Below, piece after piece: positions 10,399 to 19,721 of a stretch of 60,966 bases of DNA; position 1 is the stretch's first letter; each line of letters opens with the position of its first letter. The stretch spans positions 1-60,966 of the forward strand of contig CAOJQV010000003.1 of NCBI GenBank assembly GCA_948441945.1. The letters run 5' to 3'. A model generated the notes under the pieces. That model was not told the DNA's origin. It saw nothing but the letters and a program-made list of their open reading frames with translations, and did no database searches. The position numbers and the translations under genes were made by a program. The stretch is from an uncultured Clostridium sp. (GTDB lineage Bacteria; Bacillota; Clostridia; TANB77; CAG-508).

Positions 10399-11646
10399 TT
10401 ATATTAGTTTTATGCTTGCTCCTAATTCAATTAATTTTTTGTCTAAATTTTCATATCCTCTTAATATATATTCGATATTATCTATTTGTGTTTTTCCTTT
10501 TGCTATTAATCCTGCTAGTACTAATGCTGCTCCACCTCTTAAGTCTGTAGCCTTTACATTTGTTCCATATAGTTTTCTAACTCCTCTAATAATAGCACTT
10601 TTTCCTTCTATTGTTATTTTGCTTCCCATTTTATTTAATTCTTGCGTGTATTTAAAACGGTTTTCAAATATATTTTCTATTATTATTGATGTTCCTTTTG
10701 CTGTTGTTAGCATAGATGCAAAAACTGACTGCATATCTGTTGGAAATCCTGGATATGGCATTGTTTTAATATCTATTGCTTTTAATTTTTTTGGTGCTAT
10801 TAATTTAATTTTATCTTTTTCTATTTCTATTTTGCAATCCGCTTCTTCTAGTTTTGAAATTATTGGTGTTATATGATTTGCATTTACATTTTCTAATATT
10901 ACATTTCCTCTTGTTGCTGCTGCCCAACATAAGAAAGACCCTGTTTCAATTCTGTCTGGCATAATATTGTAACTTACATCTTTTAATTTTTTTACTCCTT
11001 CTATATGTACTTCATCTGTTCCAGCTCCAGTAACTTTTGCTCCCATCCTATTTAGAAAGTTTTGTAAGTCTATAATTTCTGGTTCTCTTGCTGCATTTGT
11101 TATTATTGTCGTTCCTTCTGCTAGTACACTTGCTAAAATTATATTTTCTGTTGCTCCTACACTTGGAAAGTCTAAGTTTATTTTTTCTCCTTTTATTTTT
11201 TCTGATGTGCATACTATGTTTCCATGACTTTGGTTTACTGTTATTCCTAATTTTTCAAATCCTTTTAAGTGTAAGTCTATTGGTCTTGAACCTATGTCAC
11301 ACCCTCCTGGATATGAAAATGTGGCTGTTTTATATTTCCCTATTAGTCCTCCTGCTAGAATAACTGATGAACGCATTTTGTGCATTAAGTCTTGTGGTAT
11401 TTCGAAGTGTTCTATTTTGGAACTGTCTATTTTTATTTTTCCGTTTTTCTTTTCTACTTTTGCTCCTAAACTTTCTAATATTTTAAACATCATTTGTGTG
11501 TCTTGTATATTTGGTACATTATATAATGTGCTTTTTCCTGCATTTAGTATTGTGGCTGCTATTATTGGTAGTGATGAGTTTTTTGAGCCAGATATTTTTA
11601 TAGTTCCTTCTAGTCTTTTTCCTCCTTCGATTATGTAACTAGTCAT
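10399..11646 (-). CDS. murA: UDP-N-acetylglucosamine 1-carboxyvinyltransferase
   Basis: 415 aa, full-length match to the MurA pattern (GSKNSSLPIIAA, PGGCDIGSRPIDLH, LRGGAALVLAGL). Confidence 0.95.
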   Translation of the reverse strand: MTSYIIEGGKRLEGTIKISGSKNSSLPIIAATILNAGKSTLYNVPNIQDTQMMFKILESLGAKVEKKNGKIKIDSSKIEHFEIPQDLMHKMRSSVILAGGLIGKYKTATFSYPGGCDIGSRPIDLHLKGFEKLGITVNQSHGNIVCTSEKIKGEKINLDFPSVGATENIILASVLAEGTTIITNAAREPEIIDLQNFLNRMGAKVTGAGTDEVHIEGVKKLKDVSYNIMPDRIETGSFLCWAAATRGNVILENVNANHITPIISKLEEADCKIEIEKDKIKLIAPKKLKAIDIKTMPYPGFPTDMQSVFASMLTTAKGTSIIIENIFENRFKYTQELNKMGSKITIEGKSAIIRGVRKLYGTNVKATDLRGGAALVLAGLIAKGKTQIDNIEYILRGYENLDKKLIELGASIKLI

Positions 11647-11766
11647 TTTTCTTCCTCCTTTTACGTTTTTTGTATATTTTATGTTGCGTTTACGTAAAAA
11701 GTGAATTTTTATTAACTAAAAAAGGAAATACTACTTATTAAAGTTTCATTCCCTTTTTTCATTATG

Positions 11767-12345
11767 TCATTTCCTATACTGTAGATAATACTCTGCAAAC
11801 AGTGGACAGTTTGCTGATTTAAGTGTGATAATTGGTACTACATCAGATAAAGTTTCCCATGCTTCATTTTCTCCATTAAAATTAGTAATTTGTTGAGCTA
11901 ATCCTAATGCAATTTCAATCCTTGTTGATACGTGACCTCCTATTTTCTTCGCAAATTTTGATACATATTTTTCATCTCTATACACCCATTGTTTTTCTGG
12001 TATTAATAGATAAAACCTTTTGTATCTTTCTGAATTTTTTTCTTTTGCTCCTTCAATGAAAGCTTCCAAAATTAACTTTCTTATTTCTTCCTGTTTATTA
12101 TTACTTCTTTTCTCTAGAAAGAGAAACATATTAATTTTTGCTACTTCCACTTTAAGGCATTTTCCATCAGTTAGCTTTTCAACTACTTGAAACGTATCTC
12201 TTCCAGAAAAACTTTCGTTTAGAAATCTTAGTAATTGTTCTACTTTTTCATCAGTTAGTTTTTTAGCTACTTCTTTTTCAAAAATGGCTTTGTTTGGCAA
12301 TTCTACTATTTGCTCGTTTGTATAATTCCGTTCTTCTTTCATCAT
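11767..12345 (-). CDS. Hypothetical protein (no recognisable family)
   Basis: 192-aa ORF with a strong AGGAGG RBS. Contains an in-frame CGG at codon 6 (12328..12330). Confidence 0.5.
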   Translation of the reverse strand: MMKEERNYTNEQIVELPNKAIFEKEVAKKLTDEKVEQLLRFLNESFSGRDTFQVVEKLTDGKCLKVEVAKINMFLFLEKRSNNKQEEIRKLILEAFIEGAKEKNSERYKRFYLLIPEKQWVYRDEKYVSKFAKKIGGHVSTRIEIALGLAQQITNFNGENEAWETLSDVVPIITLKSANCPLFAEYYLQYRK

Positions 12346-12424
12346 ACTACTTGTCCTCCTGTTTTTATATTGGAATATATATTCCTGTGTGTTAATTTTA
12401 TCATTATTTTATATAATTTGCAAT

Positions 12425-12468
12425 AAAAAAAGCAGAATATATGTAAAAACATATATTCTGCTTTTTTT
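12425..12468 (-). terminator. Rho-independent (bidirectional) terminator
   Basis: AAAAAAAGCAGAATATATG-loop-CATATATTCTGCTTTTTTT: a perfect 12-bp stem flanked by A and T runs, directly after the stop at 12474. Confidence 0.8.
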
Positions 12469-12473
12469 GATTA

Positions 12474-12719
12474 CTATTCAATTACTCGGTACAATGAAAC
12501 TTTTTCTTTATAGTTTACAATAGTAACTTCTGTTGCTAATTGCTTTAATTGATTTACAATTTTTTCAATATTTTCTGCTGTTTCATCATCAAAGTATTGT
12601 TCTCCACATTGAGTACATACTTTTGCAGGAACACCTTTAATAATAATTGTTTTCTCTAAATCAACTACATAATTTACTTTCTTTTCTTCTAAATTTCCTT
12701 TACACATAAAACAATTCAT
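12474..12719 (-). CDS. YgiT-type zinc-finger protein (MqsA N-terminal-domain-like)
   Basis: CxxC...CxxC (CFMCKG...CTQCGEQYF) with the typical 'VPAKVCTQCGEQYFD' pattern. GGAGG RBS before ATG at 12719. The ORF-track start at 12755 is probably too long. Confidence 0.6.
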   Translation of the reverse strand: MNCFMCKGNLEEKKVNYVVDLEKTIIIKGVPAKVCTQCGEQYFDDETAENIEKIVNQLKQLATEVTIVNYKEKVSLYRVIE

Positions 12720-12818
12720 TATTCTTTCCTCCTTGTTTTCATATCTTCTTCCCATTTCTCTGTATTTGGATAATATGCAGTTATCATATTTTAATATTTT
12801 AACATTTTAATCATTTTA

Positions 12819-13147
12819 TCAAAGCCACTTTCTAATTGTTTCATTTATTCTAAATCTAGTAGCAACTTGTAATTTTACTCTATATCCCAATGCTATAATC
12901 ATATCTAGATTATAATGGTCAATATTTCTCTTAACCTGTCTATTTCCTTCGTTTTGAACTAATAAGAATTTCTTATTAGTTGAATTGTTTTCTAATTCTC
13001 CATCGTTATAAATATTTTTTATATGCATTGAAATATTCTCTTGGGTTGTTTTATAAATTTCGGCAATTTGATTTTGTGTTAACCATAAATCTTCATCTGA
13101 AAATCTTACAGAAACTTTTGTAATACTATCTTCGTCTTGATAAATTA
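12819..13147 (-). pseudogene. RhuM-family (virulence-protein-like) gene remnant, truncated at both ends
   Basis: Reading frame open from ~13147 with no start codon: IIYQDEDSITKVSVRFSDEDLWLTQNQIAEIYKTTQENISMHIKNIYNDGEL...NLDMIIALGYRVK. Only ~110 of the ~330 aa typical for RhuM. Confidence 0.55.
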
Positions 13148-14004
13148 TTATTTTATCATCTTTGTTTCTTTTTCTTCTATATATTTATAATTCAATTTAT
13201 TAGTCTTTGTTACAACTGATTCTCCAAGATTTTTTTCAATATCATCTCTTGCAACTTTTGCAGCATGTCCTCCCAACTTAGCTACTTTTATATTTTCTTT
13301 TAGTCCATTTGGTTTTTGTTTAGTAGCAAGTCTTTTGGTAGCTTCCTCAGATAAATCTGTCAATATAAGTTCTATATTGTCCATATTGTCTCTCAAATTT
13401 TCTTTTCGTAATCCCTTATATTGTTTATATTCTTTGGCTGTCATTCCTGACCATTCTTTATATATTTCATTTGTTAATATTGCATATTCTATATTATTTT
13501 CTATACCATTTTCTTTCCATACATCAGTCAATTTTTTCCTTTCTTGAATTGATTTTATTCTTTTTGCAATCCATTCTTCATCATATCCTTTTGTTCTGTA
13601 TAAATCTATCGCTCTTTGCAATGAAATTGAAGGATCAAAAGTTTCATCAATTTTTTCTTTTCCTAAATGCGCTAACCATTGTTTAATTGGTTCTGCATTT
13701 TTTGAAGGAATTGATTCAATTACACGAAACATTCCTTCAATGTCTGTTACATCAGTTTCACGATATTTACCATCTTGTGCTTTTAATTTCACTGTCTAGT
13801 AATACTAGACACTTCAAAATTTTCTTCCTTTTTTAGTTTATTTTTTAACCAATTCCAATATTTTCTTGGTTCTTTACTATCTGATAAAACTCCAACAATG
13901 TCAACGATACTAATATAATATTTTTCATCGTCTTTGTCCCATATTGTTCTTATAGTTTCATTATTAAAAATTTTATTTATTAAATGCACTTTATTTTCGT
14001 CCAT
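13148..14004 (-). pseudogene. DinD/Bro-N family protein, broken by a 1-nt deletion-type frameshift near 13790
   Basis: ORF 13789..14004 ends ...EVSSITRQ* (CAG TGA). ORF 13148..13792 resumes (V)KLKAQDGKYRETDV. The paralogue at 1..287 reads NTNQLKMKAYDGKLRDTDV across this point. The C-terminal half resembles E. coli DinD (KGLRKENLRDNM...). Confidence 0.75.
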
Positions 14005-14108
14005 TTTTTACCTCTTTTCCTCAAGTTGTTGTGAATTTATAAACAACTCAAAATATATTTTATTTATTCTATTCATATCATATATCGAACATTCTTTCAA
14101 TGCTTTTA

Positions 14109-14122
14109 CGAATTTTTGTTCT
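14109..14122 (-). promoter_or_regulatory. LexA (Cheo) box-like operator CGAATTTTTGTTCT
   Basis: Identical 14-mer to 395..408, inside a ~35-bp block conserved between the two DinD-like upstream regions. Lies 105 nt upstream of the start at 14004. Confidence 0.4.
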
Positions 14123-14140
14123 TTTATTTCTATATAAAAA

Positions 14141-14177
14141 TAAAAAAAACAGAATATAAGCCGAAGCCTATATTCCA
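14141..14177 (-). terminator. Rho-independent terminator after the VanW-like gene
   Basis: Gene-sense GAATATAGGC-TTCG-GCTTATATTC followed by TGTTTTTTTT. Starts 16 nt after the stop at 14193. Confidence 0.75.
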
Positions 14178-14192
14178 TTTTGGTTACTAGAT

Positions 14193-15140
14193 TCACTTTA
14201 TTCTGTACAAGCATACCACAACCTGCCCTCCTTCTGAATATGCTTCGATGTATATGGGATAATTCTTTGTATTTTTAAATACAAAGTTTTTTGACCCATA
14301 GCTTACCGTAGCATCCATTCCTTTTGGCACGTAGCTAACACCGCCAAAATGGTTGTAGTGTTCTAAAATTTCTAGATTAATTTTTAGAACCGCATTATAG
14401 AGTGTAGTCGTTACCTGGCAAACACCACCACCATCTCCATCTACTTTTTCACCATTGACCTTTATTGGTGCAATTTTGAAACCATTTTCTATGCTTGCAT
14501 TTCCAACGCCCTTAGGACCATACCAATCATATTCCTCTTCTGATCCTAACACTGTTCCATCAAGCTTATCACAGGCCAATCCCATATTGTAGTCACGATT
14601 TTCAGCACTATCAGCTGTGACAACGGCAACTGCTATCAATTCGTAATCTAAAATATCTTTGCTTGATATTCTGATGCACTCTTTGGATGCATAGCCTACT
14701 TGCCATTTGTCCTCTGCTTGAAAGACCACTCTGTAAAAGTTATCCTCTTGTCGGATAACCCTCACAATATAACCTGGTTCAAGCATTATAATGCTTTTAC
14801 TTGAAATATCAGGTTTTTCCCTGACATTCAATTTTTTCCCATCGCTTGTCTTTACATACCCCCTATCACAATATGGACTTACATCTGATTTAGACAGACC
14901 CATCTCTTTTGACAATCTTATCAACTCCTGTTGATAAGATTTCTGGAACTTTTCAGTTTCAGATTCCATTTCTTCAGTTGCCACTTCAGTTTCAACTTCC
15001 TGCACTTGGTCAATAGTTCCTGCAATCAAAATCGCTTCTGTTGATGCCGTAGGTGCAGGTGCACATGCACTTGTGATTGTTGTTAGTAACCATGCTACTA
15101 CTAAAATCTTAGTAGCATTTTTCCGTTGCATTTTTGTCAT
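14193..15140 (-). CDS. VanW-domain lipoprotein with SH3-like domain
   Basis: Lipobox (ITSAC), SH3b-like segment (GYVKTSDGKKLNVREKPD), VanW core (GGGVCQVTTTLYNAV...). Visibly higher GC than its neighbours. In-frame CGG at codon 6 (15123..15125). Confidence 0.75.
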   Translation of the reverse strand: MTKMQRKNATKILVVAWLLTTITSACAPAPTASTEAILIAGTIDQVQEVETEVATEEMESETEKFQKSYQQELIRLSKEMGLSKSDVSPYCDRGYVKTSDGKKLNVREKPDISSKSIIMLEPGYIVRVIRQEDNFYRVVFQAEDKWQVGYASKECIRISSKDILDYELIAVAVVTADSAENRDYNMGLACDKLDGTVLGSEEEYDWYGPKGVGNASIENGFKIAPIKVNGEKVDGDGGGVCQVTTTLYNAVLKINLEILEHYNHFGGVSYVPKGMDATVSYGSKNFVFKNTKNYPIYIEAYSEGGQVVVCLYRIK

Positions 15141-15198
15141 AATGTTTCCCTCCTAGGATTAAATAGTATTTTACATAATACTATTATACCACAATATG

Positions 15199-15861
15199 TT
15201 AACTTTTGCAATTTTTAATAATTTCTTCAATCCTTGTAACAACCTCATCTATTGTCAAATTTGTAGAATCAACCAAAATAGCATCATCAGCTTTTTTTAG
15301 GCTTCCCACCTTTTTATGCATATCATTATAATCTCTCATCTTAATATTTTCTAATACTTCTTCGTAAGTTATTTCAATACCATTTTCTACATTTTCTTTA
15401 TATCTTCTTTTAGCCCTTATTTCTTCACTAGCATCTAAATATATTTTAACATCAGCATTTGGAAAAACTACAGTTCCTATATCTCTACCCTCAACAATAA
15501 CATCCTTACCTGTTGCCAACTTTCTTTGCACATCTACCATTATTTCTCTAACTTTCACAATAGAAGAAACTTGTGATACAATAGCAGTTACTTCTTTTGT
15601 TCTAATTTCTTTACTAACATCTTCTCCATTTAGTAAAATAATATCTTTGTCATTTTGGTTATTAATTTCTATATTTATCTCATTTGCTACTTTTATAATT
15701 TCTTCTTCATTTTCTAAACTAATTCCTTTTCTTAACATTTCCAAAGCTACACATCTATATGTCGCACCTGTATCTAGGTTTAAAAAACCTAACTCTTTTT
15801 CTATTCTTTTAGTTACCGTTCCTTTACCGCTTCCAGCTGGTCCATCTACTGCTACTATCAT
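15199..15861 (-). CDS. cmk: Cytidylate kinase
   Basis: P-loop IVAVDGPAGSGKGT; 220 aa, typical Cmk length and motifs. Confidence 0.93.
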   Translation of the reverse strand: MIVAVDGPAGSGKGTVTKRIEKELGFLNLDTGATYRCVALEMLRKGISLENEEEIIKVANEINIEINNQNDKDIILLNGEDVSKEIRTKEVTAIVSQVSSIVKVREIMVDVQRKLATGKDVIVEGRDIGTVVFPNADVKIYLDASEEIRAKRRYKENVENGIEITYEEVLENIKMRDYNDMHKKVGSLKKADDAILVDSTNLTIDEVVTRIEEIIKNCKS

Positions 15862-15982
15862 TTTCTCTCCTCCTTTATTTTTCTACATTATATCAAATGA
15901 AGCACTTTTGTCAACAGTTCTAATTTCAACTTTCGATAACATTTATTTTATTTATTCATATATTACTAAGAGGTGATTAGTA

Positions 15983-16429
15983 ATGGCATATTCAGAAAGA
16001 GAGTTGTTAGCAAGGATTATACAATGTGAGGCTGGTGGAGAGGGAGATATTGGTATGAAGGCAGTTGCCTCTGTTGTAATGAATAGAGTTAATGTTCCAA
16101 CTGGTGAATATGCTAGAATATCACAAGGTGGAAACATAAGAAATATTATATTTCAAGAAGGCCAATTTGACTGTGCAAGAGAAACTATAAGAAATCAATA
16201 TAATCCACAAAACATATATAATATGACTCCAACTAATGAACATTATTGGATTGCAGATTGGGCAATAGCAGGAAATAGAATTTCAGAAGCAGGTGAATGT
16301 TTATGGTATCTAAACCCATTTAGACCTACTTGTAGTAGTACATTTCCATCTAATGGTTCTGGAACTTTTCATACTAGAATAACAAATCATTGCTTTTATA
16401 GACCTACACCTCTTTATTCAAATACTTAA
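15983..16429 (+). CDS. Spore cortex-lytic / cell wall hydrolase, CwlJ/SleB catalytic-domain family
   Basis: Hydrolase_2 signature ARIIQCEAGGEG...GMKAVASVVMNRV; 148 aa, like CwlJ. Confidence 0.8.
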   Translation: MAYSERELLARIIQCEAGGEGDIGMKAVASVVMNRVNVPTGEYARISQGGNIRNIIFQEGQFDCARETIRNQYNPQNIYNMTPTNEHYWIADWAIAGNRISEAGECLWYLNPFRPTCSSTFPSNGSGTFHTRITNHCFYRPTPLYSNT

Positions 16430-16443
16430 TTTAGGAGGATTCT

Positions 16444-16755
16444 ATGAACGAAAATTCAAATAGTACAAATGAAAAAAGGAATGTAGTAACAAATCAAAAT
16501 TCACCAGAAGTTTTGACTAATAACATATATACCCCAGCTTTTTTAAGAGAACAAATTGGAAAATTAGTAAGAGTAGAATTTTTAGTTGGAACTAATAATT
16601 TAACAGATAGAACAGGTATCCTTGAAGATGTTGGTGTTAGCTATATTTTATTAAGAGCAATAGAAAGCGGTAATCTACTTTATTGTGATATATATTCTAT
16701 AAAGTTTGTATCTATTGCTGAATATCCTTACAGACCAGGAATGTATAATTATTAG
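16444..16755 (+). CDS. GerQ-like spore coat protein
   Basis: 103 aa. The C-terminal pattern (VRVEFLVGTNNLTDRTGILEDVGVSYILLR...LLYCDIYSIKFVSI) resembles the GerQ/YwdL family. Adjacent to a CwlJ-like gene, and CwlJ depends on GerQ in Bacillus. Confidence 0.55.
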   Translation: MNENSNSTNEKRNVVTNQNSPEVLTNNIYTPAFLREQIGKLVRVEFLVGTNNLTDRTGILEDVGVSYILLRAIESGNLLYCDIYSIKFVSIAEYPYRPGMYNY

Positions 16756-16784
16756 TTGCATTTTAGAGTATATTGATGTATAAT
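16756..16784 (+). promoter_or_regulatory. Sigma-A type promoter for asnS (TTGCAT-17 nt-TATAAT)
   Basis: -35 at 16756..16761, -10 at 16779..16784, 28 nt before the asnS ATG region. Confidence 0.5.
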
Positions 16785-16812
16785 CTTTCCATAATATAAA
16801 TGGGGGTATAAT

Positions 16813-18204
16813 ATGGAAAAATTAGTTATAAAAAATTTATTTCGTAATACAAATCAATATTTAAATAAAGAAATTACATTAGAAGGTTGGGTTAGAACTG
16901 TTAGAGATTCTAAAAATTTCGGTTTTATTGAAATTAATGATGGTTCATTTTTTAAAAATGTTCAAATAGTTTTTAATGATAAATTAGATAATTTTAATGA
17001 AATTTGCAAACTTACTATTAGTTCTTCAATTAAAGTTACAGGTACTTTAGTTGCAACAGAAAATGCTAAACAACCATTTGAAATTCAAGCAAGTTCAATT
17101 ATAATAGAAAATTTATCAGATAGCACTTATCCACTTCAAAAGAAAAAACATTCTTTTGAATATTTAAGAACAATTGCTCATCTTAGACCAAGAGCAAATA
17201 CATTTAATGCTGTTTTTAGGGTTAGAAGTACATTAGCCTATGCAATTCATAAATTCTTCCAAGAAAGAAATTTTGTATATGTAAACACTCCTTTACTTAC
17301 AGGAAGTGATGCAGAAGGTGCTGGTGAAATGTTTAATGTTAATTCATTTGATTTACAAAACATTCCAAAAACAGATAATGGAGATATTGACTTTTCAAAA
17401 GATTTCTTTGGAAAAAAGACTCATCTAACAGTAAGTGGTCAATTAAATGGTGAAACTTTTGCAGAAGCTTTTAGAAATATTTATACATTTGGTCCAACTT
17501 TTAGAGCTGAAAATTCAAATACAGTAAAACATGCAGCAGAGTTTTGGATGGTTGAACCTGAAATATGTTTTGCCGATTTACAAGATGATATGGACTTAGC
17601 TGAAGAAATGATTAAATATATTTTTCAATATGTTTTAGATAATTGTCCAGAAGAAATGCAATTTTTTAATAACTTTATTGATAATGGTTTATTAGATAGA
17701 TTAAATAATGTTATCAATTCTGATTTTGTTAGAATCTCATATACTGATGCAGTTGCAGAATTAGAAAAGCATAATAATGAGTTTGAATATAAAGTTAGCT
17801 GGGGAGTAGATTTACAAACAGAACATGAAAGATACCTTTGTGAACAAATCTTTAAAAAACCTGTTTTTGTTACTGATTACCCATCAGATATTAAAGCTTT
17901 TTATATGAAACAAAATCCAGATGGAAAAACAGTTGCTGCAGCAGACCTTTTAGTTCCTGGTATTGGAGAAATTATTGGTGGTAGTCAAAGGGAAGAAAAT
18001 TATGATAAATTAGTGGCTAGAATGAGAGAACTAGATATGCCTATTGATAATTATGAGTGGTATCTTGATTTAAGAAAATATGGAAGTTGTGTTCATTCAG
18101 GTTTTGGTCTAGGTTTTGAAAGAGCTATTATGTATTTAACTGGTATGCAAAATATTCGTGATGTAATTCCTTTTCCTAGAACACCTAAGAATTGTGAGTT
18201 TTAA
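16813..18204 (+). CDS. asnS: Asparagine--tRNA ligase
   Basis: 463 aa. Class II aaRS motifs ([20 protein letters not shown]). N-terminal OB fold. Confidence 0.95.
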   Translation: MEKLVIKNLFRNTNQYLNKEITLEGWVRTVRDSKNFGFIEINDGSFFKNVQIVFNDKLDNFNEICKLTISSSIKVTGTLVATENAKQPFEIQASSIIIENLSDSTYPLQKKKHSFEYLRTIAHLRPRANTFNAVFRVRSTLAYAIHKFFQERNFVYVNTPLLTGSDAEGAGEMFNVNSFDLQNIPKTDNGDIDFSKDFFGKKTHLTVSGQLNGETFAEAFRNIYTFGPTFRAENSNTVKHAAEFWMVEPEICFADLQDDMDLAEEMIKYIFQYVLDNCPEEMQFFNNFIDNGLLDRLNNVINSDFVRISYTDAVAELEKHNNEFEYKVSWGVDLQTEHERYLCEQIFKKPVFVTDYPSDIKAFYMKQNPDGKTVAAADLLVPGIGEIIGGSQREENYDKLVARMRELDMPIDNYEWYLDLRKYGSCVHSGFGLGFERAIMYLTGMQNIRDVIPFPRTPKNCEF

Positions 18205-18236
18205 TGTCCCAAAAGAGATGTTTACCTGTGGGACAT
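18204..18236 (+). repeat. GGGAC-palindrome dispersed repeat copy (family 1), overlapping the asnS stop codon
   Basis: ATGTCCCAAAAGAGATGTTTACCTGTGGGACAT. Near-identical 33-mers at 54851..54883 (same orientation) and 27984..28016 (reverse). Confidence 0.7.
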
Positions 18237-18524
18237 TTTTATTCTCACCTCCATTTTACGTACTTTCTTCTTTCTTGGAATTTTTATTGCTAACGAAACT
18301 TGCAATAATTTTTGATTTAAAATATTTTGAATTAATATGCTTTATAATACAACAAAAAGTCGAACTTTGCAATAATTATTTGCTAATAAGCAAACTTTTT
18401 CATCGCAAAATCCGACAAAAAGCTGAGACAGATTTAACCTGAGCTTTATGCATAAGTTATCTGTAAAAAGCTTCGCATTAACAGCTAACTCATACCAAAT
18501 GTCTCTATTAAAACAGAATGCTCC

Positions 18525-19607
18525 CTATTGGGATAAATTTGGAAACTCAAATATTTTTCCACCTTCTGTAAATTGTCCTTCGGGTATATGTGTTTTATTA
18601 AAGACTTCTCTTCCTTTTAGAAAATATTTATATTTTGAAGAGTTGCTTAAAAATCCTGGTCCAATAATTATAGGGTCATCCCATGTACAATCAACTCCAT
18701 ACCAATTTTCACCTATTTGCACATAGTTCCATGCATGGTTTTCTGTATTTCCATCTGAGTTTGTGGCTTTTCCTGAAACTATTACAGATGGTATTTTTAG
18801 TGCATCCATTAAGTATTGAAAAGCCTTTGCATAACCTTCACATACACATTTTTTATTTATAAATGCTCCATAAATATTATAAACATTATCATTTGAAATT
18901 GTTTGGTCATATTCTATACTTTCTACTAGATAATCATGTATCATTTTAACATTATTGTATGTATCTTCTTTTTTATTTTGTATAAAATATGCTTTTATCT
19001 TTTCTATTTCTTCTAAAGCTGAATTAATTTCTTCTATGCTACTAAATTCATCTTTTAAATAATTGTTTTCATTTCCCTTATTAATAAAAACTTGGAATGT
19101 TTTTTTACTTCCTCTTGTTGTTGTTTCAATATTCAAATACATTTTTCCAAAATCTATATAAAATACTTCTGGATGGTCATAAGTATAAGCTTCAATTGCT
19201 GATTGATAATACTCTCCTAATAACTTTTCTCCATCACTTTTGGAAAGTACATCTGAAAGTTGTGAACCTAATTTAATTTCGTATATTCCTGTTTTCATAT
19301 TATCATTATTATTTTCCATTGATTTATATATAATTTGTTCATCTTTGTTTAATTGATTAAAAAAATAATGATTTTCTTGTTTTTCGTAGTTTTCTGTTAT
19401 TTGTACATTTTCTAATATCTTTGCTTGTATAATGTTTTCGCCTGAAGATGAATCTTCAAATGTTATATTAGAAATAAATTCTTGTACATCATCTACTAAA
19501 TTACTTTTTGTCATTTCTTCATAAATTATTAATCCTAAAAAAATTAATATGGAAAAAACGAGTATAATAAGAATTTTCATAATAAAAGATGTTATTTTTG
19601 ACTTCAT
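18525..19607 (-). CDS. Transglutaminase-like cysteine peptidase domain protein, membrane-anchored
   Basis: N-terminal TM helix. Transglutaminase core CVCEGYAKAF...HAWNYV...DCTWDD (Cys-His-Asp). Confidence 0.8.
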   Translation of the reverse strand: MKSKITSFIMKILIILVFSILIFLGLIIYEEMTKSNLVDDVQEFISNITFEDSSSGENIIQAKILENVQITENYEKQENHYFFNQLNKDEQIIYKSMENNNDNMKTGIYEIKLGSQLSDVLSKSDGEKLLGEYYQSAIEAYTYDHPEVFYIDFGKMYLNIETTTRGSKKTFQVFINKGNENNYLKDEFSSIEEINSALEEIEKIKAYFIQNKKEDTYNNVKMIHDYLVESIEYDQTISNDNVYNIYGAFINKKCVCEGYAKAFQYLMDALKIPSVIVSGKATNSDGNTENHAWNYVQIGENWYGVDCTWDDPIIIGPGFLSNSSKYKYFLKGREVFNKTHIPEGQFTEGGKIFEFPNLSQ

Positions 19608-19721
19608 ATTTTTCTCTCTTTCTTATAATTCTAATTTATTATATCATTTTTTATTGTTAAAAACTAGTATATTTTCGTTTTTTTGACTAATACTATAACA
19701 AATTAATGAAATGGAGAAACT

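Noticed and set aside
14008-14214. 68-aa ORF between the DinD-like gene and the VanW-like gene.
   Set aside because: It spans the terminator hairpin and the LexA-box/promoter block of the neighbouring genes. It has no RBS and no recognisable protein features.
18294-18382. Direct repeat CGAAACTTGCAATAATTTTTG / CGAACTTTGCAATAATTATTTG (18294..18314 and 18361..18382) as a possible regulator-binding pair.
   Set aside because: Only an 11-bp identical core (TTGCAATAATT) in very AT-rich intergenic DNA. There is no nearby promoter or gene start to regulate, and the statistical support is weak.
18194-18726. Two plus-strand ORFs (18194..18442, 18448..18726) downstream of asnS.
   Set aside because: The first is a translation of the repeat element and AT-rich spacer. 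The second overlaps the 3' end of the transglutaminase-like gene in antisense. Neither has an RBS.
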